Below, one piece after another: positions 19,000 to 27,529 of a DNA stretch of 64,000 nt. Origin of the DNA: Akkermansiaceae bacterium (lineage in GTDB: Bacteria; Verrucomicrobiota; Verrucomicrobiia; Verrucomicrobiales; Akkermansiaceae); assembly GCA_051251915.1 (NCBI GenBank), contig JBPOGF010000007.1:1-64000 (forward strand), read 5' to 3'. Below the pieces are notes generated by a model that was given only the letters and a program-made list of their open reading frames with translations, was not told the DNA's origin and searched no databases. The position numbers were made by a program, and so were the translations under genes. Each line of letters begins with the position of its first letter. The first letter of the stretch is position 1.

Positions 19000-21282
19000 T
19001 TACTCGATGCGCATTCGGTAAAACATTTTCTTCACCTCAGGAGCAGGTTTGATGATGGTGTGTGTGGTTGTGGTAGCGGGTGAAATGGCAGCGGCGATTT
19101 GAGATTCGCTTTCCGACCAATTCATCAGATCCTCGCTGGTTTCAATAGCGTAGGACCTTCCAGGGATGCTGGTCCAGGTGAACTCGATTTCGCTGTTAGA
19201 GAGGAAACTGATATTAGTGATTCTAAAGTCGGCGCTTGCAACGATGCGTAAATTATCGAAATCGACCGATGAGGTGCCGGGGCTTTCGTTCAATGAGGTC
19301 AAGCGGATGCCCAGGACTGTCCCGGCATCGCTGGCACCGGCTGTGTGTGAAATCGAGATGTCGGTGAAAGCTCCGTCAACTACTTGCGAGCTGAGAATAT
19401 CGCCCGAACTGGCGATGACCTGCCCGTCCGAAAGCAACTCGATTCGAGCGCCAGCAAAGTTCTGGAAGGAGCCCATATCACGGTCTCCAACGGCGACGGT
19501 GAGAGAATACGTGACCCCTTCTTCCATCACTGCCGATAGTGATTGTTGCAATGAGACATTATCGGAGAGAGCAAGCGCATTATTACCATCCACGTTGAGA
19601 TTTGAGAAATTGGAATAAAAGGTGCCATCTAGGTTAAATATGCCTGTGTCATCGCTCCTAGCGGTTGAGTTGACTACACCGCTTTCCATCCAGCCAGAGA
19701 TGAGCGTGGAATCAAAGTTATCAGTTTGGTCGCCATCGTCGTTATTATTGAATTCGGCAGTCTCAAAACTGGAGTTAGTAATTTGTAATTGGTTGATTTG
19801 GCCTAGGAGTGCGTTGGCAAAATTTTGGCCCAAGGTTTGTTGTCCTTCAGCATTGTAGTGAACCAAGTCCTTGAGGGGTAATCCTGTATTGATGACCATC
19901 GTGACATGTGGATCTAGTGCAGCAACGCGAGCTTGGCCGCTTTGCACGATCGTCCAATTCGTATTTGCAACGGGGACATCCTTGAGGTGGCCGAGTTGAC
20001 CGATGACAAACGGCATTTCGGGTACTCCGAATTCATCGCGAACACTAGAGATGAAATTGGTGAGATTGGCCTCGTAGGCTAAGGCGTTAGGACTGACGCC
20101 ATTCCCACCGGTTGCGGGAGCATCATTCTCTCCTTGCATCCAGACCATGCCTTTAATCGAGTATGTAACACCAGTAGGTAAGGAGGCGATGGCGTTATTT
20201 ACAGTAGTAACGAAATTGTCATATTTGTTGTCTGCGCCTGTGTCGTCAGGATCCCACTGAGTGTGGAGATTAGTGCCGCCTGCACCGTACTTCACAATTG
20301 CGATATTCCGTGTGGGATTAGCGTCAGCAAGCGTTCTGCCAAGGGTGACTTCAGGTCCAAACTGGCTGGAGTTCCCGCCTGTAGCAGTGTTGCCTCCAGT
20401 TCCTGGTTGGAGCGCGGCCCAATTGCCGTCCACGTCGTTAAAAAGCATTACATCAGCTTGAATTCCTTGAAGAGCAGTTGGTAAGTTAGAGTTAACAGCT
20501 CTGCCTTCTGCATTTGACTGGCCTCCGATAAGATAGATATCCCACTCTTCTGGCTGAGTAGCCTGAGCGACCTGAGTTAGAGTCAGGTTACTAAGCGTAG
20601 AGGTGGTGCTATTAGCCTCGGATATAAAGATGGATGAGAAATCTACATCTTCAGTGTAGCTGTGCGTGGCGACTACACCTAGCAGGCTATCTGACCAAGT
20701 GACGGTTCCAAAGTCAGTTACGCCGTCATAGGTGGATAAGTCCAAAGCAATAGTTAAGGTGCGATCTCCAGCGTTATTGTTTGGTCCATCAATTGCGGCC
20801 CCGTTTTCAGGTCCCCCCCACATGTCAAGTTCTCCGTTAGAACGCAAAATGATAGTGCCGGTGCCATCGCGGTTAAGGAAGTGGCTGGTGGTGGTGGGGG
20901 AATTTTGCTCGGAGAAACCTAGTGAAAACCAAGAGCCGCTGACATTCCCAATTGTCATCGTCAACTCAAAGACGCCTGAGCTGGTTCCTTTGGCATTATT
21001 GATGTAGTTACCGATGTTAAGGTGGGCTGAGGAGTTGGCGCTGGAGCCAACAACAACCACGCCGTCGTCGAGAAAGGTATCGGCGGCAAGCCAAGTATTT
21101 GAACCTCCAGAGGTGGTGATAGCTGCGCTGAATGTCTCAGCTGTAGTGCCGTTGAGAGCCGCGCCGGTTCCACTGAAGGTTTCATTGACGATGATGGTCT
21201 GAGCAGTAGTAAAGTCCGCAGCAAGAAGACTTATCGTGGTTAATATTAATGTGAGCTTCAGTTTTATTGATGGTAGGGACAT
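19000..21282 (-). CDS. secreted multidomain sialate O-acetylesterase (SASA/CE6-like SGNH) protein
   Basis: GQSNA, WMQGEND and DLVHY SGNH motifs; N-terminal module homologous to the adjacent PEP-CTERM passenger; CBM-like domain; Verrucomicrobia-type TW.S.PG..Y..E.S.DL..W...FYR tail. Confidence 0.85.
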   Translation of the reverse strand: MSLPSIKLKLTLILTTISLLAADFTTAQTIIVNETFSGTGAALNGTTAETFSAAITTSGGSNTWLAADTFLDDGVVVVGSSANSSAHLNIGNYINNAKGTSSGVFELTMTIGNVSGSWFSLGFSEQNSPTTTSHFLNRDGTGTIILRSNGELDMWGGPENGAAIDGPNNNAGDRTLTIALDLSTYDGVTDFGTVTWSDSLLGVVATHSYTEDVDFSSIFISEANSTTSTLSNLTLTQVAQATQPEEWDIYLIGGQSNAEGRAVNSNLPTALQGIQADVMLFNDVDGNWAALQPGTGGNTATGGNSSQFGPEVTLGRTLADANPTRNIAIVKYGAGGTNLHTQWDPDDTGADNKYDNFVTTVNNAIASLPTGVTYSIKGMVWMQGENDAPATGGNGVSPNALAYEANLTNFISSVRDEFGVPEMPFVIGQLGHLKDVPVANTNWTIVQSGQARVAALDPHVTMVINTGLPLKDLVHYNAEGQQTLGQNFANALLGQINQLQITNSSFETAEFNNNDDGDQTDNFDSTLISGWMESGVVNSTARSDDTGIFNLDGTFYSNFSNLNVDGNNALALSDNVSLQQSLSAVMEEGVTYSLTVAVGDRDMGSFQNFAGARIELLSDGQVIASSGDILSSQVVDGAFTDISISHTAGASDAGTVLGIRLTSLNESPGTSSVDFDNLRIVASADFRITNISFLSNSEIEFTWTSIPGRSYAIETSEDLMNWSESESQIAAAISPATTTTHTIIKPAPEVKKMFYRMRIE

Positions 21283-21443
21283 AGTGTTTTTTTCTTAAAT
21301 TTAAGTAAGTGTGATTATTCCTATTGTGCTAATAAAGAGAACTTTACGGATTAATTATTCATCGTTACCGAGTAACTTTTTTTAGGAGGGAAACAATGAA
21401 TGATTTCTTGATCTTGTGAGTGAGAACATAGCATCTACATCAA

Positions 21444-21472
21444 AGAGCCACGCCTCGGGGAGGCGTGGCTCT
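21444..21472 (-). terminator. strong hairpin downstream of the PEP-CTERM gene
   Basis: Perfect 13-bp stem AGAGCCACGCCTC-ggg-GAGGCGTGGCTCT, short U-tract on the - strand. Confidence 0.65.
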
Positions 21473-21510
21473 GTAACAAATGTTGATCTGAATTTTTGGA
21501 TTGTCTTTTT

Positions 21511-22314
21511 CTAGTTACGTCGGCGACGCAAGATCAGCGCCAAGCTACCAAGACCGAGTAGGGCGGTCGATGAAGGCTCGGGAACCGTTATCTGAGTCAG
21601 TGTCAGGTCACTGTAAGTACCAGCTGCGTTATTTGGCCCGGAGAGAGTGATTGAGTTCCAGACTGGGTCACCTTGACTAGTTGCGCTTGCAGCAGTGTAG
21701 GCAAAAGAGCCAAGTGCCCCAAGGATGCTGTCGTAATAGCTAACGGTTCCAAAATCAGTGGAACCGTCCCAGGTTCTAACATCAACCTCGATCGTAAAAG
21801 TTCGTGTTAGACCTGAGGCTTCGTTAGGCCCGTCGATCGCGTTGGAATTCCCAATGGCAGTCAAGCCATTAGGCGTGAAGCCATTTCCAGCCCACATATC
21901 GATTTCGCCAGTGTTGCGCAATATCAAGGACCCAATGCTATTTTGACTAAGGAAGTGAGCGCCGGTATTAGGGGCGGCCTCTTGCCCGAAACCGATGCTA
22001 TACCAAGTACCACCGGATGGCGCAAGCGTCGTTGTTAATTCAAATAGGCCGTTGGCTGTTCCTTTTGCATCATTAATAACGCTGCCGATGTCCAAAGACG
22101 CTGAACTATTGCCTCCTAAGCTAATCGATCCATCGGCCTTGAAGCCGGTATCACCAATCCAAGTTCCGCTACCGATTGTTGGTGTGGTGCCAGCTAGATC
22201 TTCCGAGGCAAGGCCAGCGAAGTCTTCTTGGACGATAATGACAGTTGCCTGAGCTAAGTTCGCTGAAACGCTAGAGATAGCCAGCGCGCTAAGTATAACT
22301 TTTATTTTTTTCAT
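21511..22314 (-). CDS. PEP-CTERM sorting domain protein
   Basis: Signal peptide and VPEPSSTALLGLGSLALILRRRRN. Confidence 0.95.
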   Translation of the reverse strand: MKKIKVILSALAISSVSANLAQATVIIVQEDFAGLASEDLAGTTPTIGSGTWIGDTGFKADGSISLGGNSSASLDIGSVINDAKGTANGLFELTTTLAPSGGTWYSIGFGQEAAPNTGAHFLSQNSIGSLILRNTGEIDMWAGNGFTPNGLTAIGNSNAIDGPNEASGLTRTFTIEVDVRTWDGSTDFGTVSYYDSILGALGSFAYTAASATSQGDPVWNSITLSGPNNAAGTYSDLTLTQITVPEPSSTALLGLGSLALILRRRRN

Positions 22315-22360
22315 AGTATTGTTATTTTTATAGTGTTGTTATTTTCATAGTATTGTTAGT
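22310..22360 (-). repeat. 3 x 17-bp tandem repeat over the translation start, creating uORF MKITTL*
   Basis: ttcatagtattgttatt / tttatagtgttgttatt / ttcatagtattgttagt; uORF 22348..22328. Confidence 0.85.
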
Positions 22361-22521
22361 TAGAAGTACGTGATGCTACAACACGACCCCTCTTTACTAG
22401 ATAGGGAGAACGCCATTTTGTGTCAAAAATTAACCTTTATCCAAGAGGGGTAAATTTTGGCCCTTCTTGGTGTTTAGTAAGCAAGAATTAGTCCTATCTC
22501 TATAACGTTCTGGATACTATG

Positions 22522-22897
22522 TTAAAGGGGAGGGGCTAGTTTTGTGATGAACTCTAGTGTGTGGGAGTGTTTTTTTGGGGAGATTTGGAAGTAGGTGTCT
22601 AGGGTGTTGGAGCAGAGAGGATTTGATTTAATGAGAGCAATGACGCTGTTTTCTAGAAAGATATCTTGGGGGATATCAATGAAATGGACGTGGCCTATGA
22701 TGAGTTTGGTGTGTGTGGGCAAGGTTGTAATTATGGTTGGTGTGGCGAGCAACGGTGTCTGGTCTGGCGATGATGCCTTTGAGGGTGATGCTGGAGAATG
22801 GGGCAAGGTTGGTGATTCCTTGCTTAGATGAGGTTGCTACTAGAGCGATTGGTTTGGCTCCTGGGAGTGAGGTGATGAGTTGAAGGTTTTTATTGGT
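22522..22897 (-). pseudogene. flavin reductase-like (DIM6/NTAB family) pseudogene
   Basis: One frame reads LITSLPGAKPIALVATSSKQGITNLAPFSSIT..IIARPDTVARHT; another frame reads TKLIIGHVHFIDIP..LDTYF; no start codon, internal deletion and frame change. Confidence 0.7.
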
Positions 22898-22928
22898 TAT
22901 GAGGTTAGAAGAATAGTATGCTGATCAA

Positions 22929-23324
22929 ATGATGAGTGCTTTAGCTGTGATCGGTAATAGGATAGAGGTTACTCCTTGGGATGAGATATGGGTTGTGAGT
23001 GGTAAGGGGAGGTGTGTGTATGTTGCGGATGATTCAGCATTTGTATTTCGGGTGGATGGGACATTGATGGATGGGGTGGTTATTTATGGGCTTTATGGGG
23101 CAGTGGTATCTGGGCATGGACGATATGAGGGGTTGGTTTGTAATATTCTGGTTCGGGCTGATAGTTATGACTGGGATGTGGTGGGAGATAGCCAGGCTGC
23201 GTTTAAGGTTGGTAGGGGGGTGGTGGCTCGTAATAGTGAATTTGATTTTAGGCATCCTGAGGGGACTAGGATGGAAGGTTACCCAGTTATTGGGCGGTTT
23301 GGGAGGGTGAGGGTTTTGATCTAG
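22929..23324 (+). CDS. hypothetical protein
   Basis: 131-aa ORF with ATG start and G/T-ending codons matching the local + strand bias; no recognisable domain. Confidence 0.55.
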   Translation: MMSALAVIGNRIEVTPWDEIWVVSGKGRCVYVADDSAFVFRVDGTLMDGVVIYGLYGAVVSGHGRYEGLVCNILVRADSYDWDVVGDSQAAFKVGRGVVARNSEFDFRHPEGTRMEGYPVIGRFGRVRVLI

Positions 23325-23417
23325 AGGGGGCGTTGTGAGAGGGGGCTTATGGACAGGGAGGTGGATGTCACGGATAAAAGTGTTGATCGTTGAATAAGGA
23401 GGGGGCATGTTTGGGGG

Positions 23418-25454
23418 ATGGGTAGGGAGTATCAGATAAAGAAGCGTGTGGATGGGCCTAGTAAGTCTGGGATAGATTATGCGGCGGAGCTGAATGAGCA
23501 GCAGTATGCAGCGGTGAGTAGTGATCCGGGGGCTTCTTTGGTGATTGCGGGGGCGGGGTCTGGGAAGACTAGGACGTTGACTTATAGGGTGGCTTATTTG
23601 TTGGATCAGGGGGTGGAGGCTCGGAATATTTTGTTGCTTACGTTTACGAATAAGGCTTCTAGGGAGATGACGGAGAGGGTGAGGGAGTTGATTCCTGGGG
23701 ATATTAGTGATTTATGGGGTGGGACGTTTCACTCGATTGGGAATAGGATTTTGCGGAGGCATGCTGATGAGTTGGGGTTTGATCGGAGTTTTAGTATTTT
23801 GGATAGGGATGATCAGAAGGCGTTGCTGAAGCCGATTGTTAAGGGGGCGGCTGTGGATGTGAAGAATAAGAGGTTTCCTAAGCCGGATTTGTTGTTGAGT
23901 ATTTTTAGTTTGGTGGTGAATACGCAGGAGAGTTTGGAGGATGTGTTGTATTATCGTTATGATTATTTAATGGAGTGGCAGGGTGAGATAGAGAAGATTT
24001 TTGAGGGGTATGTGAGGAAGAAGGTGGAGACTAATTCGATGGATTTTGATGATTTGTTGGTGTTGATGCTGAAGTTGCTGAAGGAGAATGAGGATATACG
24101 GGAGTTGTATCAGCGGAAGTTTAGGTATGTGTTGGTGGATGAGTATCAGGATACGAATATGGTGCAGTGTGAGATTGTGGATTTGCTGGTGGGGAAGAGT
24201 AGGAATCTGATGGTGGTGGGGGATGATGCGCAGTCAATTTATAGTTGGCGTGGTGCGGATATGGAGAATATTTTGAAGTTCCATGCGCGGTATCCTGAGG
24301 CGGTGACGTATAAGATTGAGACGAATTATCGGAGTCAGCCTGAGATTTTGGAGTTATCGAATGCGGCGATTTCAGCGAATACGGAGCAGATTGCGAAGAA
24401 GTTGACGGCTAGTAGGAAGGGTGGGGAGATGGTGCCGGCTTTGTTGGCGCTTTCAGATCCTCGGGCGCAGGCGGATTTTGTGGCGCAGCGGGTGCAGGAG
24501 TTGGTGGATGAGGGGATGGAGGAGGAGGAGATAGCGGTTTTGTATAGGGCTCATTATCAGAGTATGGAGGTGCAGATGGAGTTTACTAGTAGGATGATTC
24601 CGTTTCAGATTACGAGTGGGTTAAGGTTTTTTGAGCAGGCGCATGTGAAGGATGTGAGTAGTTATATCCGGTTTGTGGTGAATAGGCGGGATGAGATTAG
24701 TTTTAAGCGGATGGCGCTGATGTTGCCTGGTGTGGGGGACGCGAGTGCGGATAAGTTGTGGCGGGGGTGGCTGGCTAGTGATGCAGCTAAGGGGGAGAAG
24801 TTACCGCAGTCGTTTTCTGCTACGTTGTTAGATTTTAAGGTTCCAGCTAAGGCTAAGGCGCATTGGGAGCAGATGTGTTATACGCTGGATGAGCTGGTGG
24901 TAGCTGATGGTGATGATACGGCGTTTGCGGCTCCGGCGGATATGATTTATAGCATTCTTGAGGGGGTGTATGAGGAGTATATGCAGAATGCTTTTGATAA
25001 TTATGAGAATAGGAAGCAGGATATAGGGCAGTTGCAGAATTATGCGACGCAGTATGTGGATGTGATGGAGTTTTTGGCGCAGTTGTCGCTGATGAGTAAT
25101 GTGGATGGTGATCCTTCTAAGACTAAGCAAAATAAGCAGGAGGAGCAGAAGGGGGTGACGCTTTCTAGTATTCACCAAGCGAAGGGGCTGGAGTGGAAGG
25201 TGGTGTTTTTGATCTGGCTGGCGGATGGGATGTTTCCGAATGGGAAGGTGCTGGAGGCGGAGGATAATAAGATGCTGGAGGAGGAGCGGAGGTTGTTTTA
25301 TGTGGCGCTTACTCGGGCTAAGGATCAACTTTATTTATCTTATCCGATGATGAATCCTAGGAGTTATAGTGGTGAGGTGTTTCAGAATCCTTCTAGGTTT
25401 TTGGATGATTTTCCGGCGGAGTTGGTGGAGGAGTGGAAGGTGAGTGATTGGTAG
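23418..25454 (+). CDS. uvrD: UvrD/PcrA/Rep family ATP-dependent DNA helicase
   Basis: AGAGSGKT, LTFTNKA, GTFHS, VDEYQDTN, VGDDAQSIYSWRGA, NYRS, HQAKGLEW and EERRLFYVALTRAK motifs. Confidence 0.95.
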   Translation: MGREYQIKKRVDGPSKSGIDYAAELNEQQYAAVSSDPGASLVIAGAGSGKTRTLTYRVAYLLDQGVEARNILLLTFTNKASREMTERVRELIPGDISDLWGGTFHSIGNRILRRHADELGFDRSFSILDRDDQKALLKPIVKGAAVDVKNKRFPKPDLLLSIFSLVVNTQESLEDVLYYRYDYLMEWQGEIEKIFEGYVRKKVETNSMDFDDLLVLMLKLLKENEDIRELYQRKFRYVLVDEYQDTNMVQCEIVDLLVGKSRNLMVVGDDAQSIYSWRGADMENILKFHARYPEAVTYKIETNYRSQPEILELSNAAISANTEQIAKKLTASRKGGEMVPALLALSDPRAQADFVAQRVQELVDEGMEEEEIAVLYRAHYQSMEVQMEFTSRMIPFQITSGLRFFEQAHVKDVSSYIRFVVNRRDEISFKRMALMLPGVGDASADKLWRGWLASDAAKGEKLPQSFSATLLDFKVPAKAKAHWEQMCYTLDELVVADGDDTAFAAPADMIYSILEGVYEEYMQNAFDNYENRKQDIGQLQNYATQYVDVMEFLAQLSLMSNVDGDPSKTKQNKQEEQKGVTLSSIHQAKGLEWKVVFLIWLADGMFPNGKVLEAEDNKMLEEERRLFYVALTRAKDQLYLSYPMMNPRSYSGEVFQNPSRFLDDFPAELVEEWKVSDW

Positions 25455-25491
25455 GTGGGGAGTTGGGATTAGGGTTGTTTTGAGGTTTTGG

Positions 25492-25803
25492 TGCCTGTGG
25501 CATGTCAGAGGTTGATTGGTCAGGGGTCATTTGTCTGGGTTGATGAAACGGCTTGGGTTGTGGGCTTGGGTTTTGACCTGCGGAGCTGGACCACGAATGG
25601 CACTAATTTTTACGAAGGTGGTGGACGATGGTGATGGGTGTGCGTCTGCGGGGGAGTTCTCCGGGGGGCTGTGCTGTGGGCTTGACGGGCTTGGGTTGCG
25701 GTGGGAACCCAGGGTTTTACCCTGGGCTGTTATGTTTTTCCCCGTTGGGGAAGCTTGGGTTGATGGAGCTTTTTGGACCGCTAAATACACTTGATATACG
25801 AAA
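25492..25803 (+). repeat. composite repeat cluster: dispersed element copy E, CCACGAAT-type repeats and REP-like hairpins
   Basis: TGCC-tgt-GGCA + 4 heptamers + ctgggttgatgaaacggcttgggt; CCACGAATGGCACTAATTTTTACGAA; CCCAGGGT-ttt-ACCCTGGG (25708-25726); TTCCCC-gtt-GGGGAA; second core 25754-25769. Confidence 0.7.
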
Positions 25804-25835
25804 GGGTGGTGGGGGCTGGCGGTTGGAGACTGGTG

Positions 25836-27521
25836 TCATGATGTGGCTTGGGTTAGCCAGGTTTTGATTTTGGTGGTGAGGGTTTCTGTTAGGGATTGTT
25901 TGTTGGGGATGGTTTTTGGGAGGTCGTGGCCGGCCCAGATGACGGCGGTGTGGGTGTGGTCTGAGGCGATGATCCAGAGGTGTTTGTAGGGGGTGGCTGT
26001 TAGGAGGATGGTGCGTTTGCCGTTGATGTTTTTGGTGAGCATGTTGAGGCAGTTGAGGGCGGCGCCGGTGGAGGTGGTTTCTTTTTGGTAGGGGGTGTTG
26101 GTGAAGAGTTTGGTGCCGGTTTGGTTGGTGATGTTTTCTACGAGGTAGGATTCGGCAAGGGTGCCTTGGTTCTGGATGATGGAGTAGGCGTTGGCTAGTT
26201 GGAGTGGGGTGGCGTAGATGTTGCCGCGGTAGAGGTCGTTGGCTTCTGGTGCTGGGTTGTCAGTGATGCCGAAGCGTGAGCAGTAGCCGAGGAGGTCTTT
26301 GGCTCCTATTTGCTGGCCGGTGATGATGGGTTGGTTTTTGAGGGGGATTTTGCCACGGTCTAGGGCGGCTAGGTAGATGAATGGGGAGAAGGCTGAGCCG
26401 AGTTCTTGTTTGCTGTCTAGTGCGCGGTTGTAGGGGGAGGTGTGGTAGTCTGAGCCGCCGATGATGGTGCGGATGGCGCCGGTTTTGTTTTCTAGGATGA
26501 CGACGGCAATTTCTAGTGGGGTGGGGTTATTTTTGTTGATGCTGGAGGTAAGTTTTAGGATGTCGGTGGTGATGGTGGAGGTAAGTTTTTTGTTGATGGT
26601 GGAGTGGATGCGGAGTCCGCCTTCGTTGATTTCTGTGGTGTCGATGATTTGTTGTTGGTGGCGGCGGACGGATGAGATGGCGTAGTTGGAGGTGGATTTT
26701 TGGTTGGTTTTTTCGGCGAGATTTAGAGGGGCTTGTTTGGCGTTGAATTTTTGTTCGTCGGTGATTTTTCCGATTTTATGCATGCGTTCTAGGACTTGGT
26801 CGCGCTGGGCGATGGCGGCGTCTAGGTCATTGAATGGGGAGAAGATGTGGGGGCCGCGGATGATGCCTACGAGGAGGGCGGACTGGCCTAGGGATAGCTG
26901 TGATGTGGGGATGGCGAAGTAGGTGTTAGCGGCTTCTTCTATGCCGTGGCATCCGCTGCCGAAGTAGATGCGGTTGAGGTAGTGGGTGAGGATTTGGTCT
27001 TTGTTGTATTTGGATTCGAGTCTGAGGGTGATGGCTATTTCTAGGAATTTTCTGTGGATGGATTTTGATTTGTTGTCGTAGGTGTTTTTGGTGAGTTGCA
27101 TGGAGATGGTGGAGGCACCTTCTTGGTAGGACATGGCGAGGATGTTCTTGACGGTGGCGCGGATGAGGCCTTTGACGTCGATGCCGATGTGGTTACGGAA
27201 GTTTGTGTCTTCGCGTGCGAGTAGGGCGTCTACTAGGTGGGGTGGGAGCTCTGAGTAGCTGATGAGGCGGCGGGTGTCTGTGCCGATGGCTGCGAGTTCT
27301 GATCCGTCTGAGGCGAGGATGAGGTTGGGCTGGGTGATCTCAGCTACTTCGTCGAGGTTGTATTGGCTGGCGAGGTAGTAGTAGTAGAGGGAGACGATGA
27401 GGAAGAGGACGGTGCAGATGGTGGCAATGCGGAGTCCTATTCTGAGGAGGGTTCTGAGCCAATTTGGGGTCCAGTCTGGGAGTTTGAGTCTTTTTTTAGT
27501 GGCTCTGGTGGGTTTGTTCAT
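25836..27521 (-). CDS. class A PBP-like protein with intact transglycosylase and degenerate transpeptidase
   Basis: GT51 motifs EDTNFRNHIGID, GASTISMQL and RKFLE..YLN; SxxK changed to GSAFSPF; no SxN or KTG visible. Confidence 0.85.
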   Translation of the reverse strand: MNKPTRATKKRLKLPDWTPNWLRTLLRIGLRIATICTVLFLIVSLYYYYLASQYNLDEVAEITQPNLILASDGSELAAIGTDTRRLISYSELPPHLVDALLAREDTNFRNHIGIDVKGLIRATVKNILAMSYQEGASTISMQLTKNTYDNKSKSIHRKFLEIAITLRLESKYNKDQILTHYLNRIYFGSGCHGIEEAANTYFAIPTSQLSLGQSALLVGIIRGPHIFSPFNDLDAAIAQRDQVLERMHKIGKITDEQKFNAKQAPLNLAEKTNQKSTSNYAISSVRRHQQQIIDTTEINEGGLRIHSTINKKLTSTITTDILKLTSSINKNNPTPLEIAVVILENKTGAIRTIIGGSDYHTSPYNRALDSKQELGSAFSPFIYLAALDRGKIPLKNQPIITGQQIGAKDLLGYCSRFGITDNPAPEANDLYRGNIYATPLQLANAYSIIQNQGTLAESYLVENITNQTGTKLFTNTPYQKETTSTGAALNCLNMLTKNINGKRTILLTATPYKHLWIIASDHTHTAVIWAGHDLPKTIPNKQSLTETLTTKIKTWLTQATS

Positions 27522-27529
27522 GGAGAAGT

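Noticed and set aside
25535..25558. Hammerhead ribozyme (TGATGA...GAAAC)
   Set aside because: There is no stem II between the two half-motifs and no CUGA start, so the core cannot form
25516..25867. Three overlapping short ORFs
   Set aside because: They span the composite repeat cluster and show no protein-like features
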